A DNA stretch of 64,000 bases from the human T2T-CHM13v2.0 reference genome, Homo sapiens. A model generated the notes under the pieces. It was not told the DNA's origin, did not search any database, and was given only the letters and a program-made list of their open reading frames with translations. The stretch is from assembly GCF_009914755.1 (NCBI RefSeq), contig NC_060933.1. One strand, written 5' to 3'. A program made the position numbers and the translations under genes. How positions within the stretch are numbered: position 1 is the stretch's first letter; each line of letters opens with the position of its first letter. Shown here one piece after another: positions 16,791-33,636 of the stretch.

Positions 16791-17026
16791 ACATATGTCA
16801 CCTATGAAGACATACATGAACTGAAAATAAAGAGATGGAAAAAAGATATTCCATGCCAATGGAAATGAAAAAAAGAGCAGGAATAGCTATACTTATATCA
16901 GACAAAATAGATTTCTAAACAAAACCCATAAAAAGAGACACAGAAGGTAACTATATAATGATAAAGGGGTGAATTCAGTAAAAGGGTATAACAATTGAAA
17001 ATATATATGCACCCAACACTGGAACA

Positions 17027-17027
<1 letters not shown>

Positions 17028-17058
<31 letters not shown>
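17028..17058. repeat. (TA)n microsatellite followed by an AT-rich tract
   Basis: Seen directly. Confidence 0.9.
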
Positions 17059-17061
<3 letters not shown>

Positions 17062-17174
17062 ATATAGCTAATAATATATATCTTTATAATATATAATATA
17101 TAATTATATATATCTTTATGATCATATATATATCTAATAATATAAAATATTATTAGAGCTAGAGAGATAGACCC

Positions 17175-17854
<680 letters not shown>

Positions 17855-18769
17855 GTAAGAGGTCCAATACAATAGTAGCTGGAGACTTACCCCACTTTCA
17901 GCATTGGACAGCTCTTCCAGACATAGAATCAACAAAAAAACATCAAACTGCACTATAGACCCAATGGACGTAATAGGTATTTACACAGTATTTCATACAG
18001 TATCTACAGAATATACATTCTTTTCCTCAGCCAATGGACCATTCTCAAAGACAGACCATTTGTTAGGTTACAAAACAAGTCTTAAAACATTCTGAAAAAA
18101 ACTGAAATAACATCAAGCATTTTCTCTGACCACAATGCCATATAACTAGAAATCAATAATGAGGAATTTTGGAAACACATGGAAATAAAACAGTATGCTC
18201 CTGAATGACCAGTGGGTCAGTGAGGAAGTTAAGAAATAGAAAATTTTCTTGAAACAAATGATAGTAGACATGCAACATATCAAAACCTATGGGATACAGC
18301 AAACCCAGTACTAACAGGGAAATTTATAGCTATAAGTGCCTACATCAAAAAAAGAAAAAATATTTCAAAGAAACAACCTAATGATGCATATTAAAGAACT
18401 AGAAAAGAAAGAGCAAACCAAACCCAAAATTAGTAGAAAAAAGAAATAATAAAGATCAGAGCAGAAATAAATGAATTTGAAATGAAGAAAACAAACAAAA
18501 GATCAAGAAAACAAAAAGTTGGTGTTTTGAAAACATAAACAAAATTGACAAACCTTTATCTAGACTAACTAAAAAAGAGAGAGAAGACACAAATAAATAA
18601 AATTAGAGATGAAAAAAGAGACATTACCACTGACACTGCAGAAATTCAAAGCATCATTAGTGGCTATGATGAGTGACTATATACCAACAAATTGAAAAAT
18701 CTAAAAGAAAGGGATAAATTCTTGGACACATACACCCTACCAAAACTGAACTATGAAGAAATGCAAAAC

Positions 18770-18939
18770 CTGAACAAATCAATAAGAAGTAGTGATATAG
18801 AACTAATAAAAAGTCTCCCAGCAAAGTAAAGCCCAGGACCTGATGGTTTCACTGCTGAACAAATCAATAACAAGTAATGATATAGAATTAATAAACACTC
18901 TCCCAGCAAAGTAAAGCCCAGGACCTGATGGTTTTGCTG
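18770..18939 (+). repeat. 85-bp tandem duplication within L1 ORF2
   Basis: ctgaacaaatcaataa..ggacctgatggttt at 18770 and 18855. Confidence 0.92.
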
Positions 18940-19455
18940 CTGAATTCTACCAAACATTTAAAGAAGAACTAATACCAATTCTACTTACACTATTCCAAAA
19001 AATAGAGAAGAAGGGAATACTTCCAAACTCATTCTATGAGATCAGTACTACCCTGATACCAAAAACAGACAAAGACACATCAAATAAAGCAAACTTCAAG
19101 CCAATGTTTCTGATGAATACTGATCCAAAAATTCTCAATGAAACTGAATTCAACAACACATTAAAAAGATCATTCATCATGACCAAGTGTGATTCATCCC
19201 AGGGATGCAAGGGTGGTTCAACATATGCAAATTAAGTAATGTAATACATCATAGCAAGAGAATGAAGGACAAAAATGATCAAATGATCATTTCAATTGAT
19301 GCTGAAAAAGCACTTGATAAAATCCAGTATCGCTTCCTCATAAAAGCCCTAACAATACTGAGTATAGAAAGACATCCCTCAATATAATAAAAGCCACATA
19401 TGATATACCCACAGCTAATATCATACTGAATGGGGAAAAACTGAAAGCCTTTCAT

Positions 19456-20968
<1,513 letters not shown>

Positions 20969-22340
20969 TTAAAAAAAAATACTATAGTAACCAAAATGGC
21001 ATGGTACTCGCATAAAAACAGACAAATGGACCAGTGGAACAGAATAGAGAACCCAAAAACAAATCTATAACCCTACAGTGAACTCATTTTCAATAAAGGT
21101 GCCAATAACATACACTGGGGAAAAAACAATCTCTTCAATAAATGGTGCTGGGAGACCTGGATATCCATATGCAGAAGAGTAAAACTAGACTGCTTTCTCT
21201 TGCCGTGTACAAAAACCAAATCAAAATGGATTAAAGACTTAAATCTAAGACCTCAAACTATGAAATGGCTACAGAAAATGTTGGGGAAAATCTCTAGGAC
21301 ATTGGTTAGGCAAAAATTTCTTGATTAATAACCCACAAGCATACGCAACCAAAGCAAAAATGGGATCATATCAAGTTAAAAAGCTTCTGCACAGCAAAGG
21401 AAACAATCAACAAACTGAAGAGACAACCCAAAGAGTGAGAAAACATATCTGCAAACTACTCATTTTGAGATATCATCTCATCCCAGTTAAGATGGCTTAT
21501 ATTCAAAAGACAGGCGATAACAAATACTGGTGAGGATGTGGAGAAAATGGAACCCTTGTACACTGTTGGTGGGAATGTAAATTCGTGCAACCACTATGGA
21601 GAACAGTTTGGAGGTGCCTCAAAAAACTAAAAATAGAGCTACCATATGATTCAGCAATCCCACTGCTGCGTGTATACCCAAAAGAAAGGAAATCAGCATA
21701 TCAAAGAAATATCTGCACTCCCATGTTTGTTGCAGCACTCTTCACAATAGCTAAAATTTGAAAACAGTCAAAGTGTCCATCAACAGATGAATGGATAAAG
21801 AAAATGTGATACATATACACAATATAGTATTATTCAGCCATAAAAAAGAATGAAATCCTGTCATTTGCAACAACATGGATGAAACTGGAGATCATTATGT
21901 TAAGTGAAATAAGCCAGGCACAGAAAGAAAAACATCACATGTTCTCACCTATTTGTGGGATCAAACAATCAAAACAATTTAACTCATGGAAATAGAGAGT
22001 AGAAGGATGGTTACTAGAGACTGGAAAACATAGAGGGGGTGGGGATGTTGGGGGGCAGGTGGGGATAATAAATGTGTACAAAAATTAGAAAGAATAAGAT
22101 CTACTATTTGATAGCACAACAAGGTGTCTGTAGTCAACAATAATTTAATTTTCATTTAAAAATAACTAAAACAGTATAATTGTTTTGTTTGTATAATAAC
22201 ACAAAGAATAAAATGCATGAGGGGATGAGTACCCTATCCTTCAGGATGTGATTATCACACATTGCATGCCTGTATCAAAACTTCTCCCGTACCTCATATA
22301 TACATGTACCATCTACCTACAAAAATTAAAAATTAAAAAA

Positions 22341-22698
22341 AATTATATGGAACCACAAAAGACCCAGAATAGCCAAACCTGTCCTAAGCAAAAAGAACAA
22401 AACTGGAGGAATCACATTACCTGACTTCAAATTATACTACAGAGCTAGAGTAAACAAAATGGCATGGTACTGGCATAAAAACAGACACATAGATCAGTAG
22501 AACAGAGCGGAGAACGCAGAGATAAATCCACACAGCTACGGTAAACTCATTTTCGACAAAGTTGCCAAGAACATACTCTGGGGAAAGGACAGTCTCTTCA
22601 ATAAATGATGCTGAGAAAATTGGATATCCATATGCAAAAGAGTGAAACTAGATCTCTATCTCTTGCCATTTACAAAAATCAAAGAAAAATGGATTAAA
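22341..22698 (+). mobile_element. Second L1MA ORF2 fragment directly after the poly(A), followed by AluJ (22699-22934)
   Basis: Homologous to 20691-21238 (aaccacaaaagacccagaatagccaaa..atggattaaag). Confidence 0.8.
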
Positions 22699-23044
22699 GG
22701 CTGGGAGTGGTGGCTCACACTTGTGAGGCCAAGGTGGGCCAATCGCTTGAGGTTAGAAGTTTGAGACCAGCCTGGGTAACATGGCAAAAACCCATCTCTA
22801 TACAAAATACAAAAATTAGCTGAGCATGGTGGTGCACACCTGTAGTTCCAGCTAATGGGGAGGCTGAGGTTGGAGGATTACTAGAACTCGGGAAGTTGAG
22901 GCTGCAGTGAGTCATGAGCATGCCACTCCACTCCACTTTATAACACACTGTTGTCTACATAAGGCTAGCTACATCCCTTAATCTTAAACTCCCACCGCTT
23001 TCAGACACTATCATACCCCGCCCCCCTTCCCCCCGCGAACCCCC

Positions 23045-23110
23045 GTGCATTCTGGGACTCATGGTTTGGTGAGTGTTGTCCAGGAATGGCTACAAACCCA
23101 CATTACTATG
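23045..23110. promoter_or_regulatory. Candidate ZNF143 (SBS) motifs
   Basis: gtgcattctggga (23045-23057, reverse TCCCAGAATGCAC) and gctacaaacccac nearby. Confidence 0.4.
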
Positions 23111-23827
23111 ATATCGGACTTCTACTTGTGTAGTCATTTGTTAGTTAACTGTACATTTTGGAAGGTTTTTGAGTAGAGAAGTGAAATAATCCAACGTTTG
23201 GGAAGATTTTCTTGTGCAGGATTGGAGGAGGACGGGAAAGAGGGAAAAAGCATTGCGCGCGTGTGTGTGTGTGAAGTTATTACAACTATCTATCTTGAAG
23301 CATGCGAGGTAGGAGGGCCTGAATTGCCATGAAACGCAATGACGATAAACGAAGGGACCCGTGAGAAAGGGGCAAAGAGGTGTCTCAATAAAATAAGCAA
23401 CGGCCTGCTGTGGGAGGATTCGGGTCTCAGTATAGGCTGCCACTGTCAGCTTTGTAATATTCCTCGAGCCTTTATCCATGAGTAGGACAGGATGGCTCTA
23501 CCTTGCAGGGTTACAGCATGGAGCTGCGGGACTGCGCCGGCAGTGCGCTGAGTAGCATCCCTGCGATAGGGTGAGTGCACCAACCCTTGTTGTCTCTCTT
23601 AGTAAGAAAGAGGAGGGGTAGATAATAGCATCTTCACCCCAGTAGTTGCCGTAAGTAGTAATGCTAAGAATCCGGCACGTCGTAGGCATCAATCTCAGTC
23701 CGCCATCTCCCCTTGCTACCACGCCAGGAGGTACACAGAGGAGACTGCCCCGACTGGCAACTCCCGCGCCGGGGTTCCCTGGCCATCCTCCCGCGTTCCC
23801 TCCAGCCGCGCGCTGTTGCCAGGGCCC

Positions 23828-23956
23828 GGGCACCGCCCAGCTCCACTACGGACCAATGGCAGCGCGGCTTGGGCACCGCCCAGCTTCAGCGGAAGCCAAT
23901 GGAGGCGCGGCGCGGGCACCGCCCTGATCCGGCGCGGGCCAATAGCGGCGTGGCCC
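23828..23956 (+). repeat. 3 x 43-bp tandem repeat, each with GGGCACCGCCC and CCAAT
   Basis: Units start at 23828, 23871 and 23914. Confidence 0.9.
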
Positions 23957-24207
23957 GAAGCGGGGGCCGCCCCGGTCGGGCGGGGAGGCGGGGAGGTGGC
24001 CACTGGCTCCGCCCCGCTCCCCTCTGACCCGGTGTCTAGTCTCTCCGTCTTCCTGTTCCAAACCACGTGGACGCGTCTGGGCTGCTGGAGGCAGCCCGAG
24101 CCGCCGCCGTCGGTGTCGCCGCCACCACCACCATCGGAGTCACGAGTCCCGCGTCTGTCCGAAGTCGCCGCTCTCGGGCTGCTCACGTCTCTTCGGAGAG
24201 CGCGCAC

Positions 24208-24343
24208 ATGGCGACTCAGGCGCACTCCCTCAGCTACGCAGGGTGCAACTTCTTGCGCCAACGTCTGGTCCTGTCTACCCTGAGCGGGCGCCCCGTCAAA
24301 ATCCGAAAGATTCGGGCCAGAGACGACAACCCGGGCCTCCGAG
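24208..24343 (+). CDS. RCL1: RCL1 coding exon 1 (RNA 3'-terminal phosphate cyclase-like protein), 136 nt
   Basis: MATQAHSLSYAGCNFLRQRLVLSTLSGRPVKIRKIRARDDNPGLR, then donor GAG|GTAACT. Confidence 0.97.
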
Positions 24344-26179
24344 GTAACTTGGTGTGGGCGGCGCGCGGCATGGGCGCGGGGGCTGAGGGGAGACCGAGCT
24401 GATGCCGTGGGGGCCCGCGCGGTGTTGGTTGGGCGGCTCGGCGTCCGGCGAGCGCGTCGGGGAGGGCAGGTGGCGCGTCGCCTCCAAAGCCGGAGGGGCA
24501 GGCACAGTGGGGGAGGCGGGGTCGGGGCCCGAGGGGAGCGCTCAGCTGCAAGCTGCGCTCGGCGTCTCCGGGGCGCTGGTAGTAAACAGCTGCACGTTTT
24601 CCAGCTTTACGTGTAGCAACAAATCCCTGGCGTCGCCCCTTCGCGTCCCTTCGGCCCCTCTTGCCCTCGCCATAAACCTCTCAAAGGAGAAAAACAGTTT
24701 GTTGGACCGAAATATGGTGAATGAGCCGGGGGAGAGACATTGGGAGAGAAAAGTACCTTGGGTTGGTTCTCTGCCCTGTCTCAAAGCAGTTCTCAGAAGC
24801 AGCTGCCCCCTTGGACACCGGCTGTTCCTGTCGCCATGATTTCTCGGCTGCCCTCACACTTGTCCTTGGGTGTGGATAAAGAAATTTTTAAAATTCTGTG
24901 TTTGTTTTCAGCCTTGACTGTGATTGATGTGCGCAGGACAGGAGCTTTGAGATAGACTTTTAACAGTCATGGGCCTAATTGCCTTGACTTTAGAAAAGGG
25001 GTCGGTGACAATAGCTAAACTGCAGGCTTCCAAGCTCACTTCTTGCTCTGCAATGGTAGGTTAAAAAGAAATAGGCCCATTTAAACCCACATCTCATTAA
25101 ATGGCGCCGGTTTTCAACTGGCCTTGGTTTACACCTGGCCCCCTGGCATGAGATACATGCATTTAAAAGCTTCTGACTGGTGGTTATCCCAAGTTGGGCG
25201 AGTCAGTAGTCAGGTGAAAAAGGAAAAAACCTGTCTGTAAATTGAAAAAGAGTGTTTGTGGTTGGTCCTGGAAGCTTCCTGAGCGGCGCTGATGTGTTTC
25301 ATTTTGCACTGGCTCTTGTTTTATCTGTCTGAATGCATTTTTTGGATAGTTAGATCTCTGCCTCTCTTGGGTGGTGATTGGCTGCACATAAAGGGCAGAA
25401 GATGCCATGCTATTGACGGAGATAGGTTAGGAAGGAAAGAAGCAGAATATCCCAGGTACAGTGGTGAGAAACCTAGTGATGGTAGGAAAAACTTGTGTTG
25501 GTGGTTCCTGTCCTCTCTCTACTGCTCAAAAACACTGAGAAAGTTAGGGAGAGACCACAAATGGTTTATGCCACGACTTTTCCGTCAACAAGTGTTCCAC
25601 TTAGTTTGACCCTTGGGCAAAGTGTTTGCTTGATTGCTGTGTGGCATTCTCAGCCAGCTCTCCATCCACTTTACCCTCAGGTTAGCTCAGAGAACTTGCC
25701 ACTAGCTGGATATGGTAAGAAGATGGACTTCTACTTTGTATAAAAGTAGGCATAACTTTTTTTTTTTTTTTCCAGAGAAATGGAAGTATAGCCTGGAAAC
25801 CTGGGTTCTCTAAAATGAATCTAGTTCTATTTAGAGTTTTTCTATTGACAGGTGGCCTCCAATTTAATATTTAATGTTCCAAAGTATGCTTCTCCTTCTC
25901 CCCCTCCACTGTATGTGAGCATCTCTTCAAAGCATCTCACACATATGAGCTCCCGTTTCTTCCAAGAACAGGGCTTGGCCACTTGGCACTTTCTTGAAAG
26001 GGTGTCAGACGCTGATACCTGAGGGAGGTAGAACTGCTTGGCAGGTGTGCTGGTATTTTATGGGGAACATTACTGTAGAGCATTATTTGCCTTACCCCGT
26101 TCATATACCAGGGGAAGAAAGAGACTCCTAGTTATTTGTACATCCTTGCGCTGGCTTCAGGGCCTCAGAAACCTTGTAG

Positions 26180-26499
<320 letters not shown>

Positions 26500-27204
26500 T
26501 GTCTGCTTAATTTCTTACAGAGGGAACAGAGAGATAGATATGCATTTGCAGATATACATGTATATGTGTATATGTATACACATACATGTAAGTGTATATA
26601 CATATACGTGCACGCATAAATAGATGTAGTCCCTGACACATGATTTCTGGTCATAATCAAGGGAGTCCTTGGTAGCTTGATTGAAGATGTAGCCGGAAGC
26701 CTATGTTGCCCGTCATCTGTCCCTTTCTGACTTTTCCTAACTCAGATTCTCAGAGTTGGAAAAAACTCAGAGCATATCCAATAAAATCTTCAGTTCTAAT
26801 GCAAGAATCACATCTCTTCAAGGTGCTTGCTTAAAACATCCCTCATGGTGTGGGCTTTGGAGGGTAGGGATAGTATGGGAGGCTTTCGGCCTCAGGAACA
26901 TTTATTTAGAAAGTGTTTATTGAGCCACAGTATGTGCAAGGCTTTGTATGGGGGTGAGTGTAATATATGTGAGAAGCTGGTTGCCCCTGTTCTCATGGAG
27001 CTTGTCATGTAAGTAGGATGTTACTAAGTTTGAGTAACTTGAAGTAGGAAGGATTGAGTATTGTACAGGGGCTCAGTGGAGTTCAGAGCAGACACTTCCC
27101 TGAAAGTTACGAAGGAAGGCAGGTTTTCTGGACCTGATCTGGACAGATAGGATTGAGATGGTGGCTGCGGAAATCATTGTTTGCAAAATAAACAGTTCTT
27201 TTTT

Positions 27205-28068
27205 TAAAGAAATTTTATTTTAGAGTCGGGGGTACATGTGCATGTTTGTTACATGGATATATTGCCTACTGGTGGGGACTGGGCTTCTGGTGTACCCATT
27301 ATCCAAATAGTGAACATCGTACCCAATAGGTAATTTTTCAATCTCCCTCAATCTTCCTCCTTTTCCAGTCCCCAATGTTTGTTATTTCCATGTTTAAGTC
27401 CATGTGTATCCATTGTTCAGCTCCCACTTATAAGTAAGAACATGGAGTATTTGATTTTCTGTTTCTGAATTAGTTCTCTTAGGATAATGGCCTCTAGCTC
27501 CATGTTGTTGCAAAGGACATTATTTCATTCTTTTTTTTGAGACAGAGTCTCACTCTGTCATGAGTGCAGTGGTGTGATCATGGCTCACTGTAGCCTCAAC
27601 CTCTTGGGCTCAGGTGATCCTCTCACGTTAGCTTCCTGAGTAGCTGGAACTACAGATGTGTACCACAGCATCTAGTTGATTTTTAAAATTTTTTTTGTAG
27701 AGATGGGGTGTTGTCTATGTTGCCGAGGCTGGTCTTGAACTCCTGGACTCAAGCAGTCGTCCTGCCTCAGCCTTCCAAATTGCTGGGATTACAGGCATGA
27801 ATAACCATGCCCAGCCTGATTTCATTCTTTTTTATGGCTGTGTAGTATTCCATAGTGTATATATACCACATTTTCTTTATCTAGTCAACCATTGGTGGAC
27901 ACTTAGGTTAGTTCCATCACTTTGGTATTGTGAATAGTGCTGCAATAAACATACAAGTACAGGTGCCTTTTTTGTATAATGATGTCTTTTCCTCTGGGTA
28001 GATACCCAGTAGTGGAATTGCTGGGCCATATGGTAGTTCTATTTTTAGTTCTTTGAGAAATCTCCATA
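27205..28068 (-). mobile_element. Older L1PA/L1PB 3' end with nested AluJ (27531-27816)
   Basis: ggggtacatgtgcatgtttgttacatgg..ctcccacttataagtaagaacatg..gggtagatacccagtagtgg. Confidence 0.82.
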
Positions 28069-28164
28069 TGAAAGAAACAGTTTTTAAGTCAAAAAGTTCT
28101 TTATTTTCTTTATTTTACTGAGGTAAAATCCTTAATTTGTCATGGTCATAATACTTGGCAATTA

Positions 28165-28410
28165 AGAGCTTGGGGTCAGTATTGGACCTTGGTTTGAGTA
28201 CGAGTTCTGCCTTTCGCTATTAGCTCTTGGTCCTTGGGCAAATTATTTTAACTATTCTCTTCTGAGCCTCAACTTTTTCACCTGTAAAGTGGGGCCAGTA
28301 CTACTGACTTCACAGGGTTATTGTGAGGACTAAATGAAATAATACTTCAAAGTGTACTGAACAGTGCCTGGCACATAGGAAGAATAAATGTTAGCTGATT
28401 TTATTATTAT
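28165..28410 (+). mobile_element. MIR
   Basis: Core tctgagcctcaactttttcacctgtaaagtgggg..acagtgcctggcacatag. Confidence 0.8.
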
Positions 28411-28570
28411 GTAGCTTGAACCCACTGGGTATAGGTCTGCTCCCTGGCATGCCAAATCCGTTCCTGCTTCTATATGGAAATTTTTCAGATATTTGAAGAG
28501 AATTATGCCTTCTGTAAAGTTCTTCTCCTAGGTGGTTGTTTCCACGTATTTCTATGTTATATGTAAAGCA

Positions 28571-28782
28571 CAGTAGTTTTCAACCAGGGGCACTTTTGTT
28601 CAGTGGGGGACATTTGGGAGCATTTGGAGACATTTTTGGTTGTCACAGCTTGGCAGAGGGGAATGCTACTGGCCTCTAGTGGTTAGAATCCAAGGGTGCT
28701 GCTAAATATCCTACAGGACAGCCTCCCACAACAAAGAATTATCCATTCAAAATGTCAGTAGTGCTGATGTAGAAAAACCCTG
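28571..28782. mobile_element. MER20 (hAT-Charlie) DNA transposon
   Basis: Termini cagtagttttcaacc and gaaaaaccctg; internal tggagacatttttggttgtcaca. Confidence 0.85.
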
Positions 28783-30089
28783 GCCTACTTGACAGTAGTA
28801 ATTAAACCTTTTCTTTTCCCTGTATCCCTAATGATTAGGAATAGCAGCATGTGACACCAAGAAGACTACACAAGGATTTAGAAACAAATGAGACACAGAT
28901 CAAACTCTGTGACTTCAGGCAAATCATTGAATCTCTTAAAACTGTCCCCTTCCATTGCAAAGGGGTTGTAAATACTGAAAGGAATCTGAACCCCAAAGAA
29001 GGATGGTCCCGGGCTGGTGATTATAATTGTCCAGCCACATGTATAATTTATGCTTCCGTTTTGAGGAACATGAACAATTAAGTTTATCTCATTGTACTCT
29101 TCCTTTCATTGAAGAGGAAGTAAATATTTTTTCTTGTTGCTGCTGTTTTACTCAAGGTAAAAAAGCCAACCCGTAGTTAGGTAAGATAGTTGGTGAAGAC
29201 AAACGTGTAGTGAGGGACAGAGCTGGAAAGAGAATGTGGCCAGCTCCTGCCTGAAGGACCTGTTCTCTCTCATTTCACAGCGTGATGGACCTGGGTGTTC
29301 CTCATCAGTATTATAAAGCAGCTGTCCAAAGTGCCTCTATCTCTGGATTTCATGAGGACTGTGTCCTGCAGGGTTCAGTTTAACAGTCTCTGTATAATGT
29401 GAGGTCTAAATGGAAGAGAATCCCACCAGAATAATTGTTTAAAGTTGGAATAGCAGAAATAATGGACTTGAACAAGAGCAGTGACATAGGAGTCAGAAGA
29501 CAGGACTGCTACTACCCAGGATCCTGAGCAGGTCATGTAACTAAGCCTTAGTGTCTTCCCCTGTGAAATTGAGAGGAGTTACTTGGTCCCATGGGGGAGT
29601 GCTCCATATGGCTTAAGCAGATAAGATTCTGAAAAAGAAGAGCTAAGTGGAGTTTTAATCAAAAGGGTCCTTTAAAATGTGCTGAGGAAGCATGCCACAA
29701 AGAGGTCCTTTGAAAGGTAAAACATGTTTTGGTAAACCAGTGCATTGTTTTGGGAATAAATCTGGCTGTTCCTAACTTGGATCCTTTAAAAGGAGGATGT
29801 GCCTATATTTTATTTCGGCCTGGTTTGGGACCCAGAATTCTTGATGGACAACTGGTTTTGGGGCGTAACAGATAACTTTACTACTAACTGTAGATTGAAT
29901 ATGTCCTGTTAATCAGGAACATACCCTTTTGTGCCTCTGATGACAAAGTATGCTTCCAAGTGATGATTTTTGGCTGCCCAAAATAAGACTTCTTCTTTTT
30001 TTTTTTTTTTTTTAAAGGCAAATGCCAAGAATCCTAATGACCAGTTTTCAGATACAGTGTTGTTTGGAAGCTGTTGTATAAATGCCTTG

Positions 30090-30270
30090 CCTTTTCTTTT
30101 CTTTTCTTTTCCTCTCTCCCTCCCCTTCCCTCCCTCCCTGTCTTCTTTCCCCCTTCCCCCCTCTCTCCCTCCCCCATCCCTCTCCCCCTCCTTCTCTCCT
30201 TCCCTCCCCTTCCTCTCCTTCCTCTTTTTCTCCCTCCCTTCCTTCCTCTCTTTCTCTTTTCTTCTTTTTC
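30090..30270. repeat. Polypyrimidine (CT-rich) tract, the expanded tail of an antisense Alu monomer (30270-30389)
   Basis: About 180 bp of almost pure C/T. Confidence 0.88.
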
Positions 30271-30850
30271 TTAGAGATGGGATCTCACTATGTTGATCAG
30301 AGTGATCTCAAACTACTGGCGTCCAGTGAGCCTTCTGCCTAACTGTCCCAAAGTGCTGAGATTACAGGCAAGAGCCACAGTGCCTGGCCGTAAGTGCTAC
30401 TTCAGATGGAACTATCTACCATCTTTTTTAAGAAAACAAACTTTTTATTTTGAGATAATCGTAGATTCACATGCAGTTGTAATAAATAATGCAGAAAGAT
30501 CCTGTCTGTACTTTATCCAGTTTCCCCCAATGGTGATATATGGAAAAACTATGGTACAATGTTAGAACTAGGATATTGACATTGATACAGTGAGATACAG
30601 AACATTTCTGTCACTCCAAGGATTCTTCATGTCTGTTGCTCTTTTGTAGCCACACTCAGTTTCCTCCTTCCCCCACTTCTTCCTTAACCCTTGTCAGTCT
30701 CTAATCTGTTCTTTAATTTCTGTAATTTTGTCATTTGAAGACTGCTCCATAAATGGAATCATATAGTATGTAACCTTTGGATTGGCTTTTTTCTGTTTTC
30801 TTAAATTTTATATTATAAATTAAAAAAATTTTTAAAAAGAAAAAACTTGA

Positions 30851-31114
30851 AGGGCCTTGAATGAGTCCTGTATTTTTATTTTTTGTCACTACCTCCCTGG
30901 GTTGGGAGTGGGTAATTTGCATGCTTGCTACCTTCCTTGGATGTGGTAGCCATTTCTCAGACTCTGACTCTGGAATCAAACCCTGATTCCCTGTCACCCA
31001 TGGTCACCGTGGTAGGCATGGTGACTATCATCAAAAGTTGATATGGCAGACGTTCATATGGGTTGTTGCTGCCACATGGGAGTGTGTGATTAGCCTGAGG
31101 TTATCTAGAGTCAC
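30851..31114 (-). pseudogene. 18S rRNA fragment retrocopy (roughly nt 290-550 of 18S)
   Basis: Reverse complement reads gtgactctagataacctc..ggctaccacatccaaggaagg..caaattacccactccc..gggaggtagtgac..aatacaggactc, conserved SSU rRNA motifs. Heavy CpG decay; TSD gga(t/c)tggctttttt(t)c at 30779-30793 and 31120-31135. Confidence 0.93.
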
Positions 31115-31295
31115 TATAAGGACTGGCTTTTTTTCAGTCAGCATGATTCTCTGGAGATTTATCTAAGATGTTTTTATCAAGTTTGTTCCCTTTTGTTGCT
31201 GAGTAGTATTTCATGGTATGAAAAGATCACAAGTCTTTTTATTTACCTGTTGAAAAACATGTAGGTTGTTTCCAGTTTTTGGCTATCTCGAATAA

Positions 31296-33397
<2,102 letters not shown>

Positions 33398-33636
33398 TAG
33401 ACTGATTCCTCCCAGTTTGTTTTTCAAAATCATTTTAGTTATTCTAGTTCCTTTGCCTTTCAATATAAATTTTAGAATAATCTTGTCTAATATACAAAAA
33501 AGCTTTCCAATATTTTGACAAGAATTATATTACACCCATATGTCCATTTGGGGATAATTGTCGTCTTTATTATGTTGAGGTTTTAATCCATGAACATGAT
33601 CTGTCTCTCTACTTACTTAAATCTGTTTCTTTTCCC

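Larger units (their letters stand above)
23500..24720 (+). promoter_or_regulatory. RCL1: RCL1 CpG-island promoter
   Basis: Very GC- and CpG-rich; CCAAT at 23853, 23896 and 23939; GC boxes; E-box CACGTG at 24064-24069; no clear TATA box. Confidence 0.92.

Noticed and set aside
23828-23956. CRISPR-like repeat-spacer array
   Set aside because: Eukaryotic promoter with three degenerate units explained by transcription-factor motifs; no cas genes.
24064-24069. Linking the E-box to the classic MYC-responsive gene 'Rcl'
   Set aside because: That name refers to DNPH1, a different gene; this E-box is only a candidate MYC/USF site.
23141-24955. Many overlapping 70-181 aa ORFs on both strands around the promoter
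   Set aside because: Expected in a GC-rich island poor in stop codons; only 24208-24343 matches a known protein and has a proper donor.
30851-31114. Functional rRNA gene or contaminating rDNA
   Set aside because: Only 264 nt, CpG-decayed, with a TSD and continuous L1 on both sides.
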